Shown one piece after another: positions 49,326-59,822 of a stretch of 64,000 nt of DNA. This DNA comes from a plasmid. Where the stretch lies: the sequence record NZ_MK262712.1. The stretch is one strand, 5' to 3'. Both the position numbers and the translations under genes were made by a program. The notes below the pieces were generated by a model. It did no database searches and was not told where the DNA came from. It saw only the letters and a program-made list of their open reading frames with translations. Within the stretch, counting starts at the first letter, position 1; every line of letters begins with the position of its first letter.

Positions 49326-49480
49326 AACAACCCCATTGTTCGCAGTCGGATACCTGAAGCCACCGCAGACTCATGATGTACTGCAGGTGAAAACAACCCC
49401 GTTGTTCGCAGTCGGATACCAGAAGCCACGGCAGACTGATTCTGTGCAGCAGATGAATACAACCCCATTGTTCGCAGTCT
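49326..49480. repeat. Mini-array of about 2.5 units of the same 66-bp repeat, downstream of parB
   Basis: TTGTTCGCAGTC cores at 49335, 49401 and 49467 (66-bp spacing), same AACAACCCC-GTTGTT feature. Confidence 0.75.
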
Positions 49481-49862
49481 GTTTCTTGTTGCTCTTGAAA
49501 CCTTCTGGTGCACCGTTATGATTATACAACCAGCCTAACTAGTTAGGGCTGCGCCCAGCCTACTCACGAATAACCCTGACAATGTACCGTCCTAAAGAAC
49601 TCTATAACCCTTATACTGGGGGAGGGGGCAACACCAACTAACGGGTCTGATCATGTCGAAATTCGACTCTGATCATTTCTGGAAAATTTCCAGCAAAGCT
49701 GGTATCTATTGCCCTGATGTGAAAATTAACCTATCTGGTGGGTAGTTAGAAAGTTACTTTTTATTGTTACTTTCTATAGTTAGACGATGAATCTATGCCT
49801 AACGTCCCTAATCAGTATGAACCTGATCAGGGCACATTTTTTGATTAATGCATGTTACTTGG

Positions 49863-52268
49863 TTACTTGATTTGCGGAAATTCGATTATGAAATTGCTTT
49901 CCCCTGTAGAACCGTTTTCTGCTGTGAAAATAGGAACAGTTGAGTTTTCACCGGTTCCAAGGTCTATCTGAATTTCTTTTGTCTCCCCGGGATGAATAAC
50001 GTTCCCAAGGATGTTTATCGCATAATCTGCGTCCTTCCTGACCGTGATGTTTGCCGTTTGTATACCCTTAGCCAGTGAGCCATCGTTACGTCGTAGCTGT
50101 CCCGTCCGCATGACGGCCAACGGTGTGTTGTCACTGGTTTTTAGCGCCTTTACAACACCCAAAGTTTTCAGCTTCTCAAGGGTGACCAGGTTTTTTGGGT
50201 AATAGGCGAACTGAATGCTTTTTTGAGTAGTGTTACCTTTCGCGTCGGTAGCATATGCGGTTAGTGTATATTTGTCCGTGTTTGCATCCAGACTGGGGAA
50301 GAGACGAGGGTAATCAGGTGTATAACTACCGTCCGTATTCTGGTTAAACCCCAAGATAACGCTATCCGACGCTGGTCCTCCTTTAAGTTCAAGTCTGACA
50401 AGGCTGGGTGCTGTTAACTCATCATTTAGCGTTATACTGATGTTCTCAAGCCCGAAAACAGTAGCACCGGGGGATAGCGGCGCATTTTCATATTTAAAAT
50501 TAACAACAGGAGGTGTCTTGTCGTTAATCAGATTTATGAATGGTGATGAAGTTTCATTGTTAAAGCTGTCCTTTGCCAGAAAGCCTAAATTGTATTTACC
50601 TTCGGCCAGTTTGCTGAGATCAAAACTATATGTGTAATCCTCGCCAGATAGAGCTGTTTGGATACCTGACAGTAGTTGGTCCCCGGTATCTGAATCAATC
50701 AGAGCAGCAGATTTGAGTTGCAACAAATCGCGGAATTTTCCGCGCCCTGGTTGCGTCACAAATAAGAGTACAGTTTTGTTTTCCTCTTGGTAACTGTATC
50801 CGGTTATTTTGGGTAAAAGATCAGTGTTCCAGTGATGTCTCTTTTCTACGGTGACTGATGAAAGGGTTTTATCCATATCAGTCAATTTGAAGGCATAAGT
50901 TGTAATACCATTACCTGATTTTGGAATAGACCATGATACCGCACCGGTACACTCAGTCTCACCAGCTGGTATCTGACATATCTCAGTGTTTCCACTCATC
51001 GCCCTCTGACCATAATTTCGTGGAGACGCAGTGATCCTTACAGAACTGAATTTCACGGGCAGATCTATGGTATCCCAAAGGTAGCTACTCGAATTCATTT
51101 CTCCTTTTTTATCTGAAGTTAACCATACTTCAGGTGCTGCCGGGCTGGCCGGAGCCTCACTTCCTAAATTGATATTATAGGAGAGTGAGCCTCCACCCCA
51201 TTGATATCCGTTATGGATGACGTAAGCTACCTTATAGGCCGTTTTCGCGGATACATAACTGTATCCATTCGCTTCGGAAATAATTGTGCCAAATTTCAAA
51301 CCAGCTTTACTGTATTCCCTTCGATTATTCGATGGAACCCTGTACACGAGTGTTAAAGGGTTTTGGTTAACGGTCATTCCCGGCTTATATGCTATGTAAC
51401 CTTCACTAAATCCCGGAACTACGCTTGTTTTAGAAGTCGGGTCATAAACAGCAAATAAAGTATATTCACCAAGATCTGAGTCAAATATGAACTTCTGATC
51501 CGGCAAAACTTTACGGTTTCCCGCTTTATCATAGAGCGTCACACGGAAACGATATTCCACATCAGCGTTTGATACAGGCATCCATGATGACCGACTCATA
51601 TTCCCTTTTGTCCACGGTATTGAAAGGGATGCTGATCCACTGTCATAAACCATATCTGTAGTTGAAAAAACAGTATCATCAGGTTTTATCACCTGAATAG
51701 TCGCTTTATCAAAACCGGTGGCAGATTTGACGTTTTTCACATTCAGGTACAGCTTTGCTTCAGCCCCGAGGCCCAGTTCCCAACGCTCACCTGTTAAGAC
51801 CATATCATATCCGGGGTTTTGGTCCACGCTCAGGTTATCTGACGAAGGCCCTACAGTATCAATAATAAAATTGTGAGACGTGCTGTCGATAACAGTGTTT
51901 TGAGTATTCAGGATATCTGACGTTATTACATAACTTCCATCACTCAGTGGTGGCAATGTCAGCGTTTTACCATAAAATTCTTCACCAGTTGATGCCTTTA
52001 TACGGTCATTGACCGTCACGCTCTCAGTAGTAAAGCTATATACTCCAACATTGTCTTTCTTTACTGTTACCTGAATTTTTCTGTCGAGTCCCGATATTAT
52101 TCTTACCTGAATTTTTTCATTGGTATTTAGGATACCTGCTTCCGCACTGACTGATTTATCCGTTCCATAGACATCCTTGAATACATATTCATACACACGA
52201 GCATATGAGGGGAGTGAAAAAGCGGAGAGGGCAATTAGTATTAAAGTAGTCTGTAAATTAATTTTCAT
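49863..52268 (-). CDS. Exported 801-aa surface protein, paralogue B
   Basis: Signal peptide MKINLQTTLILIALSAFSLPSYA|RVYEY. C-terminus IIEFPQIK. Palindrome at 52313 in the 5' UTR. Confidence 0.7.
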   Translation of the reverse strand: MKINLQTTLILIALSAFSLPSYARVYEYVFKDVYGTDKSVSAEAGILNTNEKIQVRIISGLDRKIQVTVKKDNVGVYSFTTESVTVNDRIKASTGEEFYGKTLTLPPLSDGSYVITSDILNTQNTVIDSTSHNFIIDTVGPSSDNLSVDQNPGYDMVLTGERWELGLGAEAKLYLNVKNVKSATGFDKATIQVIKPDDTVFSTTDMVYDSGSASLSIPWTKGNMSRSSWMPVSNADVEYRFRVTLYDKAGNRKVLPDQKFIFDSDLGEYTLFAVYDPTSKTSVVPGFSEGYIAYKPGMTVNQNPLTLVYRVPSNNRREYSKAGLKFGTIISEANGYSYVSAKTAYKVAYVIHNGYQWGGGSLSYNINLGSEAPASPAAPEVWLTSDKKGEMNSSSYLWDTIDLPVKFSSVRITASPRNYGQRAMSGNTEICQIPAGETECTGAVSWSIPKSGNGITTYAFKLTDMDKTLSSVTVEKRHHWNTDLLPKITGYSYQEENKTVLLFVTQPGRGKFRDLLQLKSAALIDSDTGDQLLSGIQTALSGEDYTYSFDLSKLAEGKYNLGFLAKDSFNNETSSPFINLINDKTPPVVNFKYENAPLSPGATVFGLENISITLNDELTAPSLVRLELKGGPASDSVILGFNQNTDGSYTPDYPRLFPSLDANTDKYTLTAYATDAKGNTTQKSIQFAYYPKNLVTLEKLKTLGVVKALKTSDNTPLAVMRTGQLRRNDGSLAKGIQTANITVRKDADYAINILGNVIHPGETKEIQIDLGTGENSTVPIFTAENGSTGESNFIIEFPQIK

Positions 52269-52406
52269 ATCAAATTATTAATCCAAAAAATTCGTGAAGT
52301 TTATGCCTTGGAGAAAGTTACTTTTTTCTGATTGCATGCTTTTAACAACACCATTTGGTACGAAACGCCACCAGCCCCACATAGCAGAGGCGGTGGCCGT
52401 CGATAG

Positions 52407-54812
52407 TTAGTTAAGTTGTGGGAACTCGATGATGAAGTTGCTTTGACCCGTAGACCCGTTGATAGCCGGAAAAATCGGAACCGTAGAGTTTTCACCAGTT
52501 CCGAGGTCAAGCTGTATTTCTTTAGTTTCCCCGGGATGGATCACCGTTCCCAGAATGTTGATGGCATACTCAGCGTCGCTTCTGACCGTGATATTTGCCG
52601 TCTGCATACCCTGGGCAAGAGAGCCATCGTTCCTTCTCAACTGGCCGGTACGCATGACTGCCAGAGGTGTGTTGTCACTGGTTTTGAGTGCTTTAACCAC
52701 GCCCAGTGTTTTCAGTTTCTCCAGGGTAACGAGATTTTTAGGGAAGTAGGCGAACTGAATACTTTTTTGGGACGTATTACCTTTAGCATCTGTGGCATAT
52801 GCAGTGAGAGTGTATTTATCTGTCGACGTATCCAGAGTAGGAAACAGCCGTGGGTAATCAGGTGTGTAGCTACCATCAACATTCTGGTTGAAACCAAGGA
52901 CTACGCTATCAGATGCAGGCCCCCCTCGTAGTTCCAGGCGGAGAAGAGTAGGTTTAGTCAGCTCATCGTTTAGTTTAATGGATATATTCTCCAGACCATA
53001 GACCGTGTTGCCGGAGGTGAGCGGGGCATTGTCGTAGTTAAAGCTGATCTCAGGGGGAGTCATATCATGCACTAACGTGATGAATGGAGAAGATGTTTCA
53101 TTTTCGAAGGTATCTTTTGCCAGAAAGTTTAAGTCGTATCTTCCTTCAGCCAACTTACTTAAGTCAAACGCATAAGTATAATCTTCACCAGAAAGCGCTA
53201 TTTTGGCTCCATTCAGCACCTGCATACCTGAATTAGCATCAATCAGTTCAGCGGACTTAAGCTGAAGTTGATCTCTGAAGGTACCATTACCGGGTTGGGT
53301 AACAAATAAAAGTACTTTTTTCTTATCTTCCTGATAGTCATATCCCTTTATCCTCGGTAGAAGGTTTGTGTTCCAGTAGTTCCTCCTTTCCTGATTAATT
53401 GATGAAAGTGTCTTGTCCTCATTATACATTTTAAAAGAATATGTCACGCCTCCATTGCCACTTTTAGCAATTGACCACGGTACCGGCCCGCTGCACTCAG
53501 TCTCACCTGGTTGGATTTGACAGATTTCCAGGTTACCTGTAAATGCTCTCTGGATATAATTTCTCGCAGAAGCACGGATCCTCGCTGAAATAAATTTCAC
53601 CGGTAGATCACTTGTTTTCCATAAATAGTTAAAAGAATTAATTTCACCTTTTGTGTCCGTCGTGAGCCAAACGCTACTAAGCATTTCCGGTCCGACAGGC
53701 GTGTCGGGACCCAGTTTAAGGTTATAGTTTGCAGTAGCGCCGCCCCATTGGTACCCGTTATGTATATCGTACCTGTTGTTATATGCTGTTGTTGCCGCCA
53801 CATAGGCGTAACCGTTAGCTTCTGAAATGATAGAGCCAAAACTTAAACCAGCTTTGTTGTATTTCCTTACATTGTTGATGGGGATACGATAGATTAAGGT
53901 AATCGGGTTTTGATTAACTGTCATACCCGCTTTATAAGCTATATAACCCGAAGTGAACCCTGGAACAACGCTTGTTTGCGCTTCGGGGTCCCGTATAGCA
54001 ATAAGAGTGTATTCACCCAGTTGGTCATCAAATACAAATTTCTGTTCCGGTAATACTTTTCGGGAGCCTGCTTTGTCAAAGAGTGTAACCCGGAAACGAT
54101 ACTCTACATCAGCATTTGATGAAGGCATCCAGGAGGCCTTTTTCCGGTTCCCTAAAGTCCATGCAGCAGACAGGGAGGAAGACCCGCTATCATAGTCCAT
54201 AGCAGTAATGGAATAGACGCTATTATCGGGATTAATAACCTGTAATGTAGCTTTATCGAAACCAGCGACTGCTTTAACGTTGTTAACGTTCACATATAGT
54301 TTTTGGTCGGCTCCAAGGCCCAGTTCCCACCTTTCTCCCTGGGTGACCATTTCATACCCCGGTTTCTGTAAAATGCTCAAATCGTCCGCTGTAGGGCCCA
54401 CACTATCTATGGTGAAATCCTGTGTGGTGGAGTCGACCATAGCACCCTGTGTGTTAAGTATTTCAGAGATAACCTGATACGGTCCATCACTCAGGGGAGG
54501 AAGCGTGATGATTTTCCCGTAGAACTCTTCACCTGTTGATGCCTTAATTCGATCACTTACCTTAATGCTATCGGTTGTCGTGCTGTAAACCTCCGTTCCT
54601 GACTTCCGGACAGATACGTGTACTTTGCGATCTAGGCCGGAAATCAGGCTCAACTGAATTTTTTCGTTAGTGTTAAGAATGCCGGTTTCCGCACTGACTG
54701 ATTTCTCCGCACCGTAGATATCCTTAATGGTGTACTCATAGACCCGTGAATGCGATGAAAAGGACATCGTCGCGAGGATTATCGTTGTCAGCAGTTTTAT
54801 CTTGGTATTCAT
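52407..54812 (-). CDS. Exported 801-aa surface protein, paralogue C
   Basis: Signal peptide ...SFSSHS|RVYEY. C-terminus IIEFPQLN. Palindrome at 54849 in the 5' UTR. Confidence 0.7.
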   Translation of the reverse strand: MNTKIKLLTTIILATMSFSSHSRVYEYTIKDIYGAEKSVSAETGILNTNEKIQLSLISGLDRKVHVSVRKSGTEVYSTTTDSIKVSDRIKASTGEEFYGKIITLPPLSDGPYQVISEILNTQGAMVDSTTQDFTIDSVGPTADDLSILQKPGYEMVTQGERWELGLGADQKLYVNVNNVKAVAGFDKATLQVINPDNSVYSITAMDYDSGSSSLSAAWTLGNRKKASWMPSSNADVEYRFRVTLFDKAGSRKVLPEQKFVFDDQLGEYTLIAIRDPEAQTSVVPGFTSGYIAYKAGMTVNQNPITLIYRIPINNVRKYNKAGLSFGSIISEANGYAYVAATTAYNNRYDIHNGYQWGGATANYNLKLGPDTPVGPEMLSSVWLTTDTKGEINSFNYLWKTSDLPVKFISARIRASARNYIQRAFTGNLEICQIQPGETECSGPVPWSIAKSGNGGVTYSFKMYNEDKTLSSINQERRNYWNTNLLPRIKGYDYQEDKKKVLLFVTQPGNGTFRDQLQLKSAELIDANSGMQVLNGAKIALSGEDYTYAFDLSKLAEGRYDLNFLAKDTFENETSSPFITLVHDMTPPEISFNYDNAPLTSGNTVYGLENISIKLNDELTKPTLLRLELRGGPASDSVVLGFNQNVDGSYTPDYPRLFPTLDTSTDKYTLTAYATDAKGNTSQKSIQFAYFPKNLVTLEKLKTLGVVKALKTSDNTPLAVMRTGQLRRNDGSLAQGMQTANITVRSDAEYAINILGTVIHPGETKEIQLDLGTGENSTVPIFPAINGSTGQSNFIIEFPQLN

Positions 54813-54947
54813 TTCAGATCATTCCCAGCAGGCTTGTAATCAGAGTTGAGAAAGTAACTTTTCTCTCTTCCTGGCCGTCATATTCGGCGTTGTCGTGTTT
54901 ATCCAAAAATTACCGGCCCAACAGCAGGGACCCGTAATCGTGAGTCG

Positions 54948-57353
54948 CTATTTAATTTGCGGAAACTCAATGATGAAATCGCTTTGCCCGGTAGCGCCGT
55001 TTGTTGCCGGGAAAATTGGGACCGTTGTGTTAACACCAGCGCCGAGGTCTATCTGGATGTCTTTGGTTTCGCCCGGCTGAATGACAGTACCCAGTATGTT
55101 GATCGCATAATTAGCGTCAGTCCTGAGCGTGATGTTGGCAGTTTGTACACCCTGAACCAAGGAGCCATCGTTCCGCCTAAACTGCCCGGTACGCATGACG
55201 GCCAGCGGAGTGTTGTCGCTGGTTTTCAGCGCCTTCACCACACCCAGCGTTTTGAGTTTTTCCAGGGTCACAAGATTTTTCGGATAATAGGCGAACTGAA
55301 TGCTTTTCTGAGTGGAGTTCCCTTTGGTATCCGTTGCATACGCCGTCAGGGTATATTTATCGGTATTTTCGACAAGGGTAGGGAACAGACGTGGATAATC
55401 TGGCGTATAGGAGCCATCGGCATTCTGGTTGAAACCAAGAATCACGCTATCAGATGCGGGGCCACCTTTCAGCTCAAGGCGTTCGAGAACAGGCTTTGTC
55501 AGCGCGTCATTCAGGCTAATCGCGATGTTCTCCAGCCCATACACGGTAGAACCGGAAGCAAGCGGGGCATTTTCATAATTAAATATGACGTCTGGGGGGG
55601 TCATATCGTTCACCAGCGTGATGAACGGCGATGACGATTCATTATCGAAGGTGTCTTTGGCAAGGAAGGAAAGGTTATATTTGCCTTCCGGGAGAGCTCC
55701 CAAATCAAACGTGTAGGTGTAATCATCACCAGCAATCGCTGTATTGGTACCGGTTAACACCTGGACATTTGAATCCGCATTAATTAGAACCGCAGACTTG
55801 AGCTGCAATTTGTACCGTAAACTGCCGTTCCCCGGTAGATTCACAAATAGCAGAACCTTTTTCTTGTCTTCCTGATAATCATAACCAGTAATTCTGGGCA
55901 ACTGGTCAGCATTCCAGTATTGCCGCCTTTCAGCATATTGTGAGAAAAGGGTGCCATCTGAGTTGGTCATCTTGAAGAAAAAACCCATATGGCCGTTACC
56001 ACTTTTTTGAATATTCCCAACAATTTTCCCTTCACACTCCAGCTCGCCGACAGGAATGTTACATAAGAAACCTCCGGTATTAGACATAGCCTTTTGAATG
56101 TAATTTCGTGCCGACGCTTTCACGCGGGCAGTAAGAAATGTCACCGGGAGATCGGATGTTTTCCAGAGGAAATCATATGAGCTTACCGAGCTTTTCTTGT
56201 CCGAGGTAATCCACACGTCAGGAGTAGTCGGGCTTACCGGCGCATCTGCACCCATTTTAATATTGTAGGTTACACTGGCCCCCCCCCACTGATAACCGTT
56301 ATGGATAACAGAGAGCGTCTGGTAAGGGGTCGTGACCGACACATAGCTGTAGCCGTTAGCCTCAGAAATTATGTTCCCGAAGGCCAGCCCACCTTTTCTG
56401 TACTCCCTGCGGTTCGTAGAAGGGACACGGTAGACAAAAGTAATGGGATTCAGATTGACCGTCATCCCCGATTTATATTCAACATACCCTTTACTGAATC
56501 CGGGTATAACACTGGTTTCAGCTGTAGGGTCATACACCGCGACTAGCGTGTATTCGCCTAAATCCGAGTCAAAGAGGAACTTCTGATCCGGCAGGACTTT
56601 TCGGGTACCTGCCTTGTCGTATAGCGTGACACGAAAGCGATATTCTGTATCCGCATTGGACACCGGCATCCAGTCGGCTTTAACCGCGCTCCCCTTAGTC
56701 CACGGAACAGAAAGCGATGCAGAACCGCTGTCGTAAACCATGTCCATTTTGGAATAGACGGTATTATCGGGATTTAAGATCTGGATAGTAGCTTTATCAA
56801 AACCGGCCGTCGCTTTCACATTTTTGACGGTGACATATAGTTTTGCTTCTGCCCCCAACCCCAGTTCCCAGAGATTTCCGGTAAGCACCATGTCATATCC
56901 CGGACGCTGGTCAATCCTCATGTTATCGGCTGTGGGGCCAGACGTATCAATCAGGAATGATTGAGTTGTCGAATCAATAAGGGCATCCTGGGTATTCAAT
57001 ATTTCCGAGGTAATGGTATACAGCCCTTCACTTAACGGTGGCATGGTTATAACTTTCCCGTAAAACTCTTCATCTGATGATGATTTGATGCGATCGGCAA
57101 CTTTCACGCTTTCTGTCGTCGTGCTGTAGACATTCGCGTCGCCTTTTTTCACCGTCACACGGATTTTCCTGTCCAGCCCTGAAATCAGGCTAAGCTGGAT
57201 TTTCTCCGTGGTGTTCAGCTTCGCTGAATCGGCGCTAACGGATTTCTCCACACCGTAGATATCTTTTATTGTGTACTCATAAACACGGGAATGGCCCGGC
57301 AATGAAAGGGTGCCGAGGATTAATGCCGCCAGAAGTTTGAGTTTGAATTTCAT
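54948..57353 (-). CDS. Exported 801-aa surface protein, paralogue D
   Basis: Signal peptide ...SLPGHS|RVYEY. C-terminus IIEFPQIK. Palindrome at 57431 upstream. Confidence 0.7.
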   Translation of the reverse strand: MKFKLKLLAALILGTLSLPGHSRVYEYTIKDIYGVEKSVSADSAKLNTTEKIQLSLISGLDRKIRVTVKKGDANVYSTTTESVKVADRIKSSSDEEFYGKVITMPPLSEGLYTITSEILNTQDALIDSTTQSFLIDTSGPTADNMRIDQRPGYDMVLTGNLWELGLGAEAKLYVTVKNVKATAGFDKATIQILNPDNTVYSKMDMVYDSGSASLSVPWTKGSAVKADWMPVSNADTEYRFRVTLYDKAGTRKVLPDQKFLFDSDLGEYTLVAVYDPTAETSVIPGFSKGYVEYKSGMTVNLNPITFVYRVPSTNRREYRKGGLAFGNIISEANGYSYVSVTTPYQTLSVIHNGYQWGGASVTYNIKMGADAPVSPTTPDVWITSDKKSSVSSYDFLWKTSDLPVTFLTARVKASARNYIQKAMSNTGGFLCNIPVGELECEGKIVGNIQKSGNGHMGFFFKMTNSDGTLFSQYAERRQYWNADQLPRITGYDYQEDKKKVLLFVNLPGNGSLRYKLQLKSAVLINADSNVQVLTGTNTAIAGDDYTYTFDLGALPEGKYNLSFLAKDTFDNESSSPFITLVNDMTPPDVIFNYENAPLASGSTVYGLENIAISLNDALTKPVLERLELKGGPASDSVILGFNQNADGSYTPDYPRLFPTLVENTDKYTLTAYATDTKGNSTQKSIQFAYYPKNLVTLEKLKTLGVVKALKTSDNTPLAVMRTGQFRRNDGSLVQGVQTANITLRTDANYAINILGTVIQPGETKDIQIDLGAGVNTTVPIFPATNGATGQSDFIIEFPQIK

Positions 57354-57499
57354 ATCAGTACCAGTCTAAATCATGGTTAAAAGGTCGCATTGTGAGTCGC
57401 TCTTAACCACTGACGGAGCGATACATGCCAAAAAAGTTACTTTCCTTCTCCGTTGCAAAAACAACGCATGTTTATGATTCTGCTCACCTGGCCTACGGC

Positions 57500-58177
57500 T
57501 TATTTCACCTGCTCGAGAACAGCACGCCTGCTCTTCTGGGCTGGCGAATGTAATGAGCGATTCCAGACCAGCGTTTTTTCGTAAATCGTGATGAAACCAA
57601 GACGAATTAGCTCCTGCTTAATCCGCTCGTTCAGCAATGAGCAGGATTTTTGCCCTGTCACATTTGAAAGGTAATTTTGTAAGCCCATTGGCGTGGCCGG
57701 GAGCGATTTAGGGGAGGATGCGCAGGAAAGCTTCAGTCTGTTAATCCAGTACCCCATGTCATGCTCTTTGGCTTTCATCACTTTCTTTGTTGAAGCCGTG
57801 TCTTTAACCGGCTGCGGAGCGGGCAGGGCTGGAGAGAACCTTGTACAGCTGATCCCTGCTGCTTTAAGACGGGCAATAATGCCGTCATAGCCCTTGTCAC
57901 GGGAGATAACAGAGAAGTGTGACGTATCCCCGGACAATGCGGTCAGCTGGCCGAGTTCCAGAACCAGATGGAAATCAACATTGTTTTTGGATACCTCAGT
58001 CGCCGGAATAATGCATACAGAAATTGCAGAGCTCAGGGACGTAACGGGAATTTTAATGTTTTCCTGTTTAGCGCCCGTGAAGAAAAGCACTTTGTCAAAG
58101 TCATGAAGGGAAACCCCCTCAAGGCTTCCGATATTTTCATAATCAATCAGGGCAATTCTGGTTTTGGAACTGAGCAT
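57500..58177 (-). CDS. NYN/PIN-like (LabA-like) nuclease-domain protein, 225 aa
   Basis: N-terminal RIALIDYENIGS...VLFFTGAKQ pattern typical of NYN/LabA PIN-like domains. Basic C-terminal half. Confidence 0.4.
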   Translation of the reverse strand: MLSSKTRIALIDYENIGSLEGVSLHDFDKVLFFTGAKQENIKIPVTSLSSAISVCIIPATEVSKNNVDFHLVLELGQLTALSGDTSHFSVISRDKGYDGIIARLKAAGISCTRFSPALPAPQPVKDTASTKKVMKAKEHDMGYWINRLKLSCASSPKSLPATPMGLQNYLSNVTGQKSCSLLNERIKQELIRLGFITIYEKTLVWNRSLHSPAQKSRRAVLEQVK

Positions 58178-58306
58178 TATTCTCTCCCGAAAAATAGGTT
58201 GGACTAAATATCAACTTAATCACCACCAGCAGCCCAAAAGTAACTTTTGGGCCTATGTACACTCCCGCCACCCGGTAAAAGTGACTTTTTACGGCGCACA
58301 TACTGA

Positions 58307-58726
58307 CTAAACGTGCTGGTTCTGATTAAACATGGCTACGGCCATTGGTCTGGAACCACTGGTATCATCTACCTCTACGGCAATATCTATCCAATGGTCG
58401 GGGTCGGATACCCAGTCAATCAGCTCTTTAAGGGACAGGCTGTATCTGAACTTAATTTTCTTAATGCTGTCATTGCCAAACCAGTTAATTCGGTTCACAT
58501 GCTGTTTGATGTAGTACACATCCCATGAGCCATGGCCCAGAAAGTCCTTACCCCACTGCCGCTTATGCTCTCGCCAGTCACAGGGCAGAACGTCTGCACG
58601 AAAAAGACTGTCTGTTATCTGATAGATATCTGAAAACCCGACCTCGCTATCGGGGATCATTTCCAGGTACAGGTATCCGGCAACCGGATGCTTCGTGCTA
58701 ATGACCACGTGTTTCGAGCTCATCAT
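58307..58726 (-). CDS. Hypothetical protein, 139 aa
   Basis: ORF. Two palindrome copies lie just upstream at 58237 and 58277. Confidence 0.35.
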   Translation of the reverse strand: MMSSKHVVISTKHPVAGYLYLEMIPDSEVGFSDIYQITDSLFRADVLPCDWREHKRQWGKDFLGHGSWDVYYIKQHVNRINWFGNDSIKKIKFRYSLSLKELIDWVSDPDHWIDIAVEVDDTSGSRPMAVAMFNQNQHV

Positions 58727-59271
58727 AGTTCCGTTTTCCGTATGAACAGACCTAACGCCAATAATCCAGTTATATCAAAATTTGTTTCAGAAATTCCTGA
58801 ATAACAGGACAAAAAAAATCCAGAGAGGAAAGAAATGCGGGACAAAAAGGGTCTTTCAGGATCGCTTATTTTGATATCGTCAATTAACTATTCCATCCCG
58901 AGATGTTCAAATGACGCCAGTATGCAGCGCGGGAAATGTCAAAACAGAATGTGCAGAAAGAAGAAAACGACATAGAAGGAGAGGGAGGCTCATTCACATC
59001 ACTGATGACAGCTATATTAACAGCAGAATGCTTGATCAGATATCCGACGACGTGATGTATCAGGAAGCATTCAGAAAAGGAACTTAACGACGAACGTAAA
59101 AAAACACACTCCACGGCCTTAAAGTACCTTTAAGTCGGGAAAAACCAAAATTTTCTATGTTAGATTATTATCTGTTTTAGTAGGCCAGAACTAAACCAGT
59201 GCCCTGTCTGGTAAAAGGGAGTGGCGGTAGCTTCTGAAAATTCAGTTTAACTTCCAGGTTATTCAAGCGGG

Positions 59272-59631
59272 ATGTATATGCATGCAACTCATCTGACGAA
59301 AAAATTTAATGTTTTGGCGGTCGTCTATTTCACAATCATTGCTTGTGGTCAGATTGTTCTGTTCCCACATTCTCAGCCCATTTTCCTGTTCCTCGTGACT
59401 ATGGCTATGGCGGTTCGCTTATTTACCCTGCGGCCTCAATATAAAAATTTACGATTTCTGGTTTTGTCCATCATCTCACACCACCTTGTTTTTACCATTC
59501 TTTCACTCATCCAACTCTATATCAATGCAAGGTATAGCAATGCCAGTTTCATTGAGTATCAGATGGTTTACGCGCCTTTGCTCATCGGGATGGGATATGT
59601 GTATTTCAACGTCTGGAGAGCGCGTACCTAA
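59272..59631 (+). CDS. Small multi-TM membrane protein
   Basis: Three hydrophobic helices. Confidence 0.3.
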   Translation: MYMHATHLTKKFNVLAVVYFTIIACGQIVLFPHSQPIFLFLVTMAMAVRLFTLRPQYKNLRFLVLSIISHHLVFTILSLIQLYINARYSNASFIEYQMVYAPLLIGMGYVYFNVWRART

Positions 59632-59822
59632 CATCCTTCCGACTTCTTTGGTAAAAAGAGCCTGCATGAATCGTTCTACCCACAAAGCCATACCGCTGAC
59701 CTTTTCTTGTGAAGTGGCAACAGGTACAGGTGTCCCCGTTAAGGGGTCAGACTGTTGTACGTTACCGGGTTAATAACGAGTATCGGGAATTGACCAGCGA
59801 TACTCATTAGATAGGATTAAAC

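Noticed and set aside
49157-49513. 118-aa minus-strand ORF downstream of parB.
   Set aside because: It overlaps the 3-unit mini repeat array. Its sequence repeats the same artefactual peptide as the main array ORFs.
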